Part shown: positions 56,650 through 64,000 of the stretch, piece by piece
Numbering within the stretch: position 1 is the stretch's first letter
Layout of the letters: each line of letters opens with the position of its first letter
The notes under the pieces: generated by a model
Seen by the model: the letters and a program-made list of their open reading frames with translations, nothing else
The model's database searches: none
Told to the model about the DNA's origin: nothing
Translations under genes and position numbers: made by a program
NCBI GenBank assembly: GCA_037444855.1
Contig: JBBILO010000004.1
Coordinates: forward strand, 852-64,851
DNA: 64,000 nt
Source of the DNA: Candidatus Roizmanbacteria bacterium
GTDB taxonomy: Bacteria; Patescibacteriota; Microgenomatia; UBA1406; GWC2-37-13
Direction of reading: 5' to 3'

Positions 56650-56721
56650 CGGGGAGTAGTTCATCGGTAGAACGTCCGGTTCGGGACCGGAAGGTAGCAG
56701 GTTCGATTCCTGTCTCCCCGA
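56650..56721 (+). tRNA. tRNA-Pro (anticodon CGG)
   Basis: Acceptor CGGGGAG/CTCCCCG, anticodon arm TCCGG-TTCGGGA-CCGGA, T loop TTCGATT. 72 nt. Confidence 0.9.
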
Positions 56722-56791
56722 CTATTTTAGAATGCACCGTATTCAAATTTTTAGAGAGGGAATAATTAAGATGAAGATTTTTTTACCCTAT

Positions 56792-57712
56792 TTATTCAAT
56801 CTGCCTTAATTCCTGAGCAATTATCGGAGCCACTGATATTTCTTGCAATTTTGGGAATTTATCGCTGTTTTTCAACTCAATCGTGTTAGTGGTATAAATT
56901 TTTTTAATAATCGAGCTCTCTAAAAATCGATGAGCGTTAGGTGAAAGATCGTGATGAACGATGACAGCATGGACCTCTTTTGCTCCGTTGTTAGCACATA
57001 GATGAGCTGCATTGACTAAAGTTCTTCCTGAAGTGAGGATATCATCAACCAAAAAAACAATTTTATCTTTAACATCTCCATATAAAGCAACCGAATGACT
57101 AATATGAGGATGATTAAGATCGCGCAATTTTTCAATAACGGCAATTGATGTTTCCTTGCCAAAGAGATGGGAACAAAATTTTCTTGCTCTTTCAATTCCC
57201 CCTTGATCAGGAGAAACAATTTTAATTGAATTAAGTTTATTGCTAAAATCTTTTTTTACTGTTTTTGCTAATAACGATAGTGCCGATAAGTTTTTAAAAG
57301 GGATGCTAAATACGCCTTCGGTTGCCTCGTCGTGAAGATCAATGGTGTAAATTTTTGAAAATCCGATTGTTTCAAGAAAACGGACAATAACATTGGCGGA
57401 GACACACTCTCCAGTTCGGTGTTGGATATTTTGCCTGGCATAGCCAAAATAAGGAATCACCCCAACGACTTTTTTTGCCTCACCTCTTTTTAAGGCATCG
57501 GCGAAGAAAAATAATTCCATTAGATTTGTGTCTGTTGGATTGGCGGTTGGTTGGAGGATAAGACAAATCTCGTTTTTAACATTTTCTCTGATCGATACTT
57601 TAACCTCGCTGTTATCAAATCTGATAATTTCCGCTTTTGATAAAGGGATATCCAGTAATCGTGATACTTCTTGAGATAATTTAAGATTCCCTGTTCCAGA
57701 AAATAGCTTCAT
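56792..57712 (-). CDS. prs: Ribose-phosphate pyrophosphokinase
   Basis: MKLFSGTGN start at 57712, GYARQ, DLHDE, PRPP loop VDDILTSGRTL. Confidence 0.92.
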   Translation of the reverse strand: MKLFSGTGNLKLSQEVSRLLDIPLSKAEIIRFDNSEVKVSIRENVKNEICLILQPTANPTDTNLMELFFFADALKRGEAKKVVGVIPYFGYARQNIQHRTGECVSANVIVRFLETIGFSKIYTIDLHDEATEGVFSIPFKNLSALSLLAKTVKKDFSNKLNSIKIVSPDQGGIERARKFCSHLFGKETSIAVIEKLRDLNHPHISHSVALYGDVKDKIVFLVDDILTSGRTLVNAAHLCANNGAKEVHAVIVHHDLSPNAHRFLESSIIKKIYTTNTIELKNSDKFPKLQEISVAPIIAQELRQIE

Positions 57713-57725
57713 ATTATCTTTGACT

Positions 57726-57983
57726 TTATTTTTGTTGAGTGGAAATTTCAATCAGTTTTCTTGCCGCTAATTCTTGGGTTTTTTTTACCGACTCGTTGAT
57801 GGCATCAACCAGTCTTGGTTCAGAAATACCATCAATAACAATTTCCTCAATCACTTGATCACCCCGAATTGTGATCTTTACCCCATTTTTTTCAACAACC
57901 ACTCTCTCGTTTTGAAGGCTTTGCTGCATTTGTTGTGCTTGTTGTTGCAATTTAGCTAAATCACCAAAAGGATTTATCATCAT
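57726..57983 (-). CDS. ybaB: Nucleoid-associated protein YbaB/EbfC
   Basis: LAKLQQQAQQMQQSLQ..VKITIRGDQ pattern, 85 aa, directly after dnaX. Confidence 0.8.
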   Translation of the reverse strand: MMINPFGDLAKLQQQAQQMQQSLQNERVVVEKNGVKITIRGDQVIEEIVIDGISEPRLVDAINESVKKTQELAARKLIEISTQQK

Positions 57984-57995
57984 TTCTAAAAATTT

Positions 57996-59030
57996 TTAAT
58001 TAATTTCATTATAATATTCTATAATTGCAATCTCAAGAGGAATTGATTCAATTGGACTGATTTTTAATAAATTATACGCTTCTAATAATTTTTTCATTAA
58101 AACCGCTATTTGTTTTTTGGTGAAATGGTATTTTACATCTCCTTTTGACAAAGTGATATTAATCAATTGTTCTCTTAATTCTTGGAGTGTATCTTCAATA
58201 AGAATTTTAAAATTACCATTAGTTTGATAAAAATTATTTAACCATTCTAATATTGCTTTTAAATCTTTTTTTTGTATTAGAGTTAGGAAACTATCCTTTC
58301 TCAGGCCTAAATAATTTTTAACCGATTCAACATCATTAAAAATATTTTGAATCACTAACTCCTCAAATAATTTGGCGGCATCTCGGAACGAATTATCGCT
58401 ATGTTGTGCAATTAATTTATAAACGTTCTCATTTATTTTAATATTTTCACCGGTGGCGATTCTTTTAAGCATAGAGACAACGTCATTTTTATCGGCTTTG
58501 GCAAAATTTAAGATAAAAGTCCTTGATCGAATGGTTGGTGGTACTCTTTCAGGATTGGTTGTAGCCAATATAAAATAAACGTTTGGTGGTGGTTCCTCCA
58601 AGGTTTTTAAAAAAGCGTTGAATCCTTCTGGAGTAATCATATGAACTTCATCAATAATAAAAATTCGATTTCGGGCAAGCATCGGTAAAAAGGAGGTATT
58701 TTTTATGATTTGTCTTATCTCATCAATACCTCGATTGGAAGCGGCATCAATTTCAATGACATCAACTGATTGGGAGTTATCGATCGCTTGGCAGTTAGCA
58801 CATTGGTTACAAGCATCTACTGAGTTTGATTTTTGAGCAAAAGAATTGTTTAAACAATTTATTGATTTGGCAATGATTCTTGCAATGGAAGTTTTTCCAA
58901 TACCTTTTGGTCCTGTTAATAAAATGGCATGTGGTATATTTTTATTTTCTAATAATCTCTTAACTTTTCTCTTAATCTCTTGGTTATCAATTTCTTCAAT
59001 CCGTCTTGGACGATACTTTAAGTAAAACAT
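57996..59030 (-). CDS. dnaX: DNA polymerase III gamma/tau subunit (gamma-length only)
   Basis: P-loop GPKGIGKTS, Zn module CNQCANCQ, DEVHM, SRT sensor. 344 aa with no tau C-terminal domains. Confidence 0.9.
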   Translation of the reverse strand: MFYLKYRPRRIEEIDNQEIKRKVKRLLENKNIPHAILLTGPKGIGKTSIARIIAKSINCLNNSFAQKSNSVDACNQCANCQAIDNSQSVDVIEIDAASNRGIDEIRQIIKNTSFLPMLARNRIFIIDEVHMITPEGFNAFLKTLEEPPPNVYFILATTNPERVPPTIRSRTFILNFAKADKNDVVSMLKRIATGENIKINENVYKLIAQHSDNSFRDAAKLFEELVIQNIFNDVESVKNYLGLRKDSFLTLIQKKDLKAILEWLNNFYQTNGNFKILIEDTLQELREQLINITLSKGDVKYHFTKKQIAVLMKKLLEAYNLLKISPIESIPLEIAIIEYYNEIN

Positions 59031-59338
59031 TAAGATAAAGAACTTTTAATACCATGATCGATCAATTGGATGGTCATTTGATCAATCTTTTTATTTTTTT
59101 CTGCTGCTAATAAAACTAATTGTGGGTAGCAGATGAAGATTTCAATCAAATTATTTTCTGGATAAAAGAAGCTTAGTACTGGATGAATAATTTGATCTTT
59201 AAGGTATTTTTTTGATAACTGTTTAATTTTAATCTTACCAACAAAAACAATATTTATATCATAGTTTTGATTTTTAAAATTTTCTTTTATCAATTTTCTA
59301 TTAACTTTATAACGACTTGGACAGAAGACATTAACCAT
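59030..59338 (-). CDS. YbeY-like protein truncated at the metal-binding His triad
   Basis: INIVFVGKIKIKQLSKKYL..HPVLSFFYP..IEIFICYPQL..IDHG aligns by eye with YbeY. It stops 7 aa after the first His. TAATG overlap with dnaX. Confidence 0.55.
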   Translation of the reverse strand: MVNVFCPSRYKVNRKLIKENFKNQNYDINIVFVGKIKIKQLSKKYLKDQIIHPVLSFFYPENNLIEIFICYPQLVLLAAEKNKKIDQMTIQLIDHGIKSSLS

Positions 59339-59350
59339 ATAAAAGAGCAA

Positions 59351-59512
59351 CTACTTTTTTAATTTTTGTTTTTCTTTTTTGATTAACGATGGTTTCTTAT
59401 AAAAAAGCTTATTTCTTAATTCTTCTAGAATATTTTCTTCAATGAAATATTTTGTAAATTTCCTGAAAAGAGATTCGTTACTTTCTCCTCTTTTTTTGAT
59501 GACAACAATCAT
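59351..59512 (-). CDS. rpsU: 30S ribosomal protein S21 (not in the ORF track)
   Basis: Hand translation MIVVIKKRGESNESLFRKFTKYFIEENILEELRNKLFYKKPSLIKKEKQKLKK. SD GGAGGTG lies 6 nt upstream. Confidence 0.85.
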   Translation of the reverse strand: MIVVIKKRGESNESLFRKFTKYFIEENILEELRNKLFYKKPSLIKKEKQKLKK

Positions 59513-59536
59513 TATATCACCTCCTAATGAATTTTA

Positions 59537-60370
59537 TTAAATTTTTTTAATAATTTCAATTACTTGATTGAGCTTTAGAAATGTCGGTTTTTTTAGCGGA
59601 TTTTTTGCTGAGCCATTGATAATAATATTTTTTGACGGATGGAGATACCAATAAGCTTTGGGGTCTAAAGATCGGAGTTTTTCATAAACAGGGCTTAAAT
59701 CAATTTTTTTGCTAGGTTGGGATTTAATTTTAAGATATTTTTTCTTTGGGTCCTTGCGTATCGCTAACCTAAAATTCTTTTTTAAAGCTAATTTTAAAGA
59801 CTCTTCATTTGAGCTAAAAAGAGCAATTGTTAAACCAAATTTCGATTGGAAAATTAATCCCTTTTTTAACTCTTCCTCCGCTTGAACTTTATTTTTAAAT
59901 CCTTGAAAAACAAAATCTAAATTTTCCAAATGAATTTTTATCAATTCCTGATCATCATGAACAATAGTTTTTGAATTTTCGATTATTTGATGAAGCATTA
60001 ATTCGTAACGATCATCGTCAGGTTGAGGAAAAAAAACTTCGCCAAAATGATCAATCTCATTGACGATTTCAACCAGTCTCTCAAGAGCTTGAGCATCTTT
60101 TTTTTTGAGAAAATTTTTTTCTTTTAAAAATTGAAAAACCTCTAAGGCGGCGCAAGTATTTTCATTGGTTTGATGGTGATCAAACTTTCCTAAACCAGTG
60201 TCAACATGAATGACGTTTTGGTCAACATCAGGCGGTTTACCGTCAAAAGTTGACCCTGCTGGAACAAACCTAATCACCGCCCCCTGCCAACCTTTATAAA
60301 ATCTTTTGATAAGCCAAACGGCGGTAATCGCGTCTAAATCAGGAGATAAATGGGTGACAATAATTTTCAT
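59537..60370 (-). CDS. DHH-superfamily phosphoesterase-like protein
   Basis: Motif order THLSPDLDAITA, HVDTG, FDHHQ. No GGGH (DHHA1) motif seen. 277 aa. Confidence 0.4.
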   Translation of the reverse strand: MKIIVTHLSPDLDAITAVWLIKRFYKGWQGAVIRFVPAGSTFDGKPPDVDQNVIHVDTGLGKFDHHQTNENTCAALEVFQFLKEKNFLKKKDAQALERLVEIVNEIDHFGEVFFPQPDDDRYELMLHQIIENSKTIVHDDQELIKIHLENLDFVFQGFKNKVQAEEELKKGLIFQSKFGLTIALFSSNEESLKLALKKNFRLAIRKDPKKKYLKIKSQPSKKIDLSPVYEKLRSLDPKAYWYLHPSKNIIINGSAKNPLKKPTFLKLNQVIEIIKKI

Positions 60371-61629
60371 TCTTGGTGATAGTATTCGCTAATTTTCTTT
60401 AATAACTGGCTTTCGTCGACAAAAACGGTTTTAGAGTTTTTTCTTATTTTAAGTTCTATTTTATCCCTATTCTTTTTTGAGATAATAATTTGAATCGGAA
60501 TTCCAATTAGATCAGCGTCGGTTAATTTTTTTCCAAAAGAGACTTTAGTCCGATCATCAAAAAGGGTAGGAATTGAATTGTTAACCAAAAGCTGATAGAT
60601 TTTATTTGAACGAGAAAAAGTATCATTATCATCTAGATTAAGACCAATGAGATGAGTTTTAAAAGGAGTGACTGTTTTTGGCCAAATAATTCCCTTTTCA
60701 TCATGAAAAACTTCAACTAAAGCTCCAAGAATTCTTGTCACCCCGATCCCATAGCAGCCCATATACAAAAATACTTTTTTCTTGTTTCTATCTTCGACAT
60801 ATAAATCAAAGGCTTGGGAAAATCTTGTTCCTAAATCAAAGATATTACCAATTTCAATGGCTTTTCCAAATCTTATTTCGCCTTTATGACATTTTGGACA
60901 GTTTGAACCCTCCCTTAATTTTGAGATTTCTTCATTTTGAGCAAAAGAGCATTTAGAGCAGTAAAAAAGATTAACTTCACCTGAGGGTGTTAAAACATTG
61001 AATTCATGAGAAAATTTATCACTGAAGGTACCACCAGAGGCTTCAGTAATCTTTATCTCGAAAAAACACAATCGGTTAAAAATTTTTAAATAGGTGCCAA
61101 GGACTTTTTGATAATATTTTTTTAAATCATCTGCTGTTAAATGAAACGAATATAAATCTTTCATTATAAACTCTCTTCCTCTTAAAATCCCAGATTTCGG
61201 ACGGGGTTCATCACGGAATTTGTTTGAAATATGATAAAGAGCTAATGGTAAATCTTTATACGAATTAACAAATTTTTTTACTAAAGGAGTAACAATCTCC
61301 TCATGGGTTGGTCCGAGGGCATATAGTTGACCATATTGACTTTTTGTCTTAAATAAGACATCGACATTTTCCCAACGACCTGTTTTCTCCCAATAGATTT
61401 TGGGATGAAGAGAAGGCATAAGAATTTCGAAAGCGCTAATTTGATTTAATTCTTCTCGGATGATCTCAATAATATTATCAATGACTATTTTTCCAAGGGG
61501 AAGCAAGGTATAAATACCTGAAGCAACCTGATCGATATAGCCTGCTTTTAGTAGCAATTGGTGGTTAATTGAATCGTACTTTTTAATTGGAATATTGAGC
61601 GTTTTTCCAAATAATTTTGAATATAACAT
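60367..61629 (-). CDS. proS: Proline--tRNA ligase (short form without INS editing domain)
   Basis: Class II motifs (FRDEPRPKSGILRGREF, GCYGIGVTR), C-terminal anticodon-binding domain, CSKC..CPKC insert. 420 aa. Confidence 0.9.
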   Translation of the reverse strand: MLYSKLFGKTLNIPIKKYDSINHQLLLKAGYIDQVASGIYTLLPLGKIVIDNIIEIIREELNQISAFEILMPSLHPKIYWEKTGRWENVDVLFKTKSQYGQLYALGPTHEEIVTPLVKKFVNSYKDLPLALYHISNKFRDEPRPKSGILRGREFIMKDLYSFHLTADDLKKYYQKVLGTYLKIFNRLCFFEIKITEASGGTFSDKFSHEFNVLTPSGEVNLFYCSKCSFAQNEEISKLREGSNCPKCHKGEIRFGKAIEIGNIFDLGTRFSQAFDLYVEDRNKKKVFLYMGCYGIGVTRILGALVEVFHDEKGIIWPKTVTPFKTHLIGLNLDDNDTFSRSNKIYQLLVNNSIPTLFDDRTKVSFGKKLTDADLIGIPIQIIISKKNRDKIELKIRKNSKTVFVDESQLLKKISEYYHQE

Positions 61630-62177
61630 TATTTTGTTTTGACATTAAAACCTAAATTATCAAGGACTTTTCCAACTGTTTCTAGCGGCCCAGATGAATA
61701 AGTATCGATAACTAAGTGATAATATTTTTCGTTAAAAAAGTTATAATCTCCGTAAATTTTTTTCCAGGTTTTCAAATTATCCTCTTCCCTCTCTCTAATA
61801 ATCTTTTTAGCTACTTCGATATTAACTTTATCTCGGTTAACAACTCGATCAATTTTAAGTGCTGGATTTGAACAAATAAGTAAAACTCTTAAAGTATCAT
61901 GACGGTTACGCGCTAAAAAACCAGCCAACCACGACTCAATAACTATTTTGCCTTTTTTTAACAAACCAATCGTTCTTTCGTCAATTTGCTCATGGATCTC
62001 TTTTGGCGCTAGGCCGGCTTTTGGATTAACATACTCTTTGAGATAATCACGAAGGATTTGGCCGCTAGAGGTAAAATACCAGCCGAGCGGCTCGAGAAAC
62101 GGTTTGAGATTATTTAATAAAGTATTTTTTCCGGTAGCTACTCCACCGGAAATAGTAATATTCTTGAATTTGAGCAT
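61629..62177 (-). CDS. P-loop nucleotide kinase-like protein (cytidylate-kinase-family fold)
   Basis: Walker A ISGGVATGKNT; 182 aa. Specificity not assignable. Confidence 0.4.
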   Translation of the reverse strand: MLKFKNITISGGVATGKNTLLNNLKPFLEPLGWYFTSSGQILRDYLKEYVNPKAGLAPKEIHEQIDERTIGLLKKGKIVIESWLAGFLARNRHDTLRVLLICSNPALKIDRVVNRDKVNIEVAKKIIREREEDNLKTWKKIYGDYNFFNEKYYHLVIDTYSSGPLETVGKVLDNLGFNVKTK

Positions 62178-62179
62178 AT

Positions 62180-63247
62180 TTATTTTTTGTTGATAATTCT
62201 TATTATATCATTAACAGAGACAGTAATAGCTAAAAGAATAAGAATCAAGAAACCAAAGAAATTTAGGTAGTACTCAATCTTCTTATTTATCTTTTTTTTT
62301 GTAATAGCTTCATACATGACAAAGACAAGACGACCTCCATCGAGCGCTGGAAAAGGCAAAATATTAATAACGGCCAAATTTAGGGAAAGAAGAGCTAAAA
62401 ATTCTAAATAAGCATTTTTTCCAAATTTTATTACCTCTGAAGTGTATTGGGCAATTCCAATAGGACCAGCAACCTCAATTCTCTGTGACTTTTCAAAAAT
62501 TGAGTAATAGGCCAATTTAGAGAACTCAATAAAAATATTCAATATAATTTTAAAACAATCAAAAAGTCCATAGAATGGCGCCTGCCACCAAGGATATTTT
62601 TTTTCAAGAAAATGAGTGATCGTTATCCCTAGAGGTCCTTGATTAGACGGTGGATTTTTTCGAGGTATGATTTCGACAGTTATCTCTTTAGTTTCCCGAA
62701 CCAGAACTAATTTAATTTCTTTACCGGCGTATTTTTTAGTTAAGTTAACTAACTCTTCGGATTTTTTTAGATCAAAAACTTGATGATCAATAACCAAAGC
62801 TTTAATGATATCATTTTTTTTTATTCCCGCCTTTTGGGCTGGCGATTGGCTAATAACATTTTCAACGATGATTTTATTTGCTGGTACCGGTACTCCTTGA
62901 GTAAAGAGATATGAATAAATAATCCAACCAAGAATAAAATTTCCTAAAACACCGCCGATAATGATCATCGCTTTTTCAAGAGGGCTCTTGAAAGCAAAGG
63001 CTATTTTTCTTAAACCCTTTTTAATATCGCCCGATTCATCTTCACCGTAGAGCTTAACAAAACCACCAAAGGGAAGCAAATTAATAGAATACAATGTTTC
63101 GCCAATTTTAACGCCAAAAAATCTTGGGGGAAGGCCTAAACCGAATTCTTCAACTAATACTCCTCTTTTTTTGGCCATAATCAAATGGCCTAATTCATGA
63201 ATGACTACTAATATCGAAAGGGTGGCTATGAAAATTAGTATGTTCAT
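62180..63247 (-). CDS. rseP: Site-2 protease RseP/RasP (M50 zinc metalloprotease with PDZ)
   Basis: HELGH in TM1, internal PDZ (SPAQKAGIKKNDII), NILPFPALDGG motif. Confidence 0.92.
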   Translation of the reverse strand: MNILIFIATLSILVVIHELGHLIMAKKRGVLVEEFGLGLPPRFFGVKIGETLYSINLLPFGGFVKLYGEDESGDIKKGLRKIAFAFKSPLEKAMIIIGGVLGNFILGWIIYSYLFTQGVPVPANKIIVENVISQSPAQKAGIKKNDIIKALVIDHQVFDLKKSEELVNLTKKYAGKEIKLVLVRETKEITVEIIPRKNPPSNQGPLGITITHFLEKKYPWWQAPFYGLFDCFKIILNIFIEFSKLAYYSIFEKSQRIEVAGPIGIAQYTSEVIKFGKNAYLEFLALLSLNLAVINILPFPALDGGRLVFVMYEAITKKKINKKIEYYLNFFGFLILILLAITVSVNDIIRIINKK

Positions 63248-63804
63248 AGAGTCAAAATTTCTTTTTGTTTTGAATTTTTTATAACATCAATTTCATTAAT
63301 CATATTTTTTGTTTTTTCTTCAATCTGCTTCTCTAACCTAAATTTTTGATCCTCTGAAATTTCTTTATTTTCAAAACCGGTTTTAATTTTTTTTCTTGCT
63401 TCATCTCGGTATTTTCTAATCTGATTTTTCCATTTTTCAATGATTTGATTTAAAAGTTTAAGATATTTTAATCGTTGTTCTTGAGATAGAGGTGGAAATA
63501 AAATTTTAAACTGATTATTTTCAAGTTGCGGAGTGATACCAAGCGGTGATTTTAAGAGTGCCTTTTCAACATCACGAATGATTGATAAATCAAACGGTTT
63601 AACGACTAAAGTAAAATTGTCATAGTTGGTAATTGAAGCCAATTCATTGAGCTTTAATCTCATTTGACCCTGATAGGTATCAACAATGATATTTTCGATT
63701 AAAGATGGGTTAACCTTACCGGCGCGAATTGTTTTGATTTCTTCCTTTAATTGAAAAAAAGAGCTTTGAGCTTTCTGGTCAAACCAAGAGATAATGTTAT
63801 CCAT
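63244..63804 (-). CDS. frr: Ribosome recycling factor
   Basis: RRF blocks (IRAGKVNPSLIENI, LGITPQ, PPLSQEQR). ATG 63804 is preceded by AGGTGA. Confidence 0.9.
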   Translation of the reverse strand: MDNIISWFDQKAQSSFFQLKEEIKTIRAGKVNPSLIENIIVDTYQGQMRLKLNELASITNYDNFTLVVKPFDLSIIRDVEKALLKSPLGITPQLENNQFKILFPPLSQEQRLKYLKLLNQIIEKWKNQIRKYRDEARKKIKTGFENKEISEDQKFRLEKQIEEKTKNMINEIDVIKNSKQKEILTL

Positions 63805-64000
63805 GATTATTTTCACCTACCTGCCAACGAATGAATCTTTTAATTTCTATCTTTTCTCCAAATTTTAAATTAGCTTCATTAATTAGATCTTTAATTTTTT
63901 TGGTTGGAGTTTTAACAAACTCTTGTTCTAGTAATTCTTCTATAGTCCGAGGATTCAAAGAGGCAATGTGGATTGCCAGATCATATCCTAAAGTTTTAAA
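63797..64000 (-). CDS. tsf: Elongation factor Ts, C-terminal fragment (5' end right of the window; not in the ORF track)
   Basis: Hand translation ..DLAIHIASLNPRTIEELLEQEF..KIEIKRFIRWQVGENNHG with TAA at 63797-63799. ATGGATAA overlap with frr. Confidence 0.75.
   Translation of the reverse strand, partial: FKTLGYDLAIHIASLNPRTIEELLEQEFVKTPTKKIKDLINEANLKFGEKIEIKRFIRWQVGENNHG

Overview
AT-rich (about 30% GC by eye), very gene-dense bacterial fragment using the standard code (UGA is a stop: ssb and the DUF59 gene end in TGA). I support about 77 protein genes (most on the minus strand) and 6 tRNAs. I found no rRNA, CRISPR, transposase, integrase or phage genes. Three genes are missing from the supplied ORF track: rpmF (25923-26072), rpsU (59351-59512) and the 3' end of tsf (63797-64000). 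Most content is housekeeping: gyrB-ppa-gyrA, ribosomal proteins, five aaRS, three clamp-loader subunits, RNase III, RNase J, RecR, SSB, PBP1A and MreB. Many of these proteins are domain-minimised (RF1 without domain 1, trigger factor without PPIase, YbeY without its His triad, short PheT, ProRS and DnaX). A Firmicute-like tsf..proS synteny has lost pyrH, uppS, cdsA and dxr. With the heavy investment in type IV pili, this suggests (inference only) a CPR/Patescibacteria-like reduced genome. The accessory content is a two-part pilus region. The first part (15.5-25.2 kb) has two orphan pilin genes interleaved with Wzy_C+TPR, GT-C and DUF2723-type membrane enzymes, an unknown 538-aa membrane protein and a phosphohexomutase. 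This is my best candidate for an undescribed system, a pilin or surface-protein O-glycosylation island. The second part (27.4-39.1 kb) is a secretin-less pilMNO, six-prepilin, pilBTC cluster flanked by another GT39-like enzyme. At the sequence level, at least nine operon-leading genes have a -10-like hexamer exactly 6 nt before the ATG, a leaderless geometry that includes a perfectly symmetric bidirectional promoter. Three intergenic regions carry 7-, 8- and 11-nt periodic word arrays plus a shared AT-rich 3'-flank module. mtaB is punctuated by tRNAs on both sides. All family assignments come from motif recognition by eye; no searches were run.
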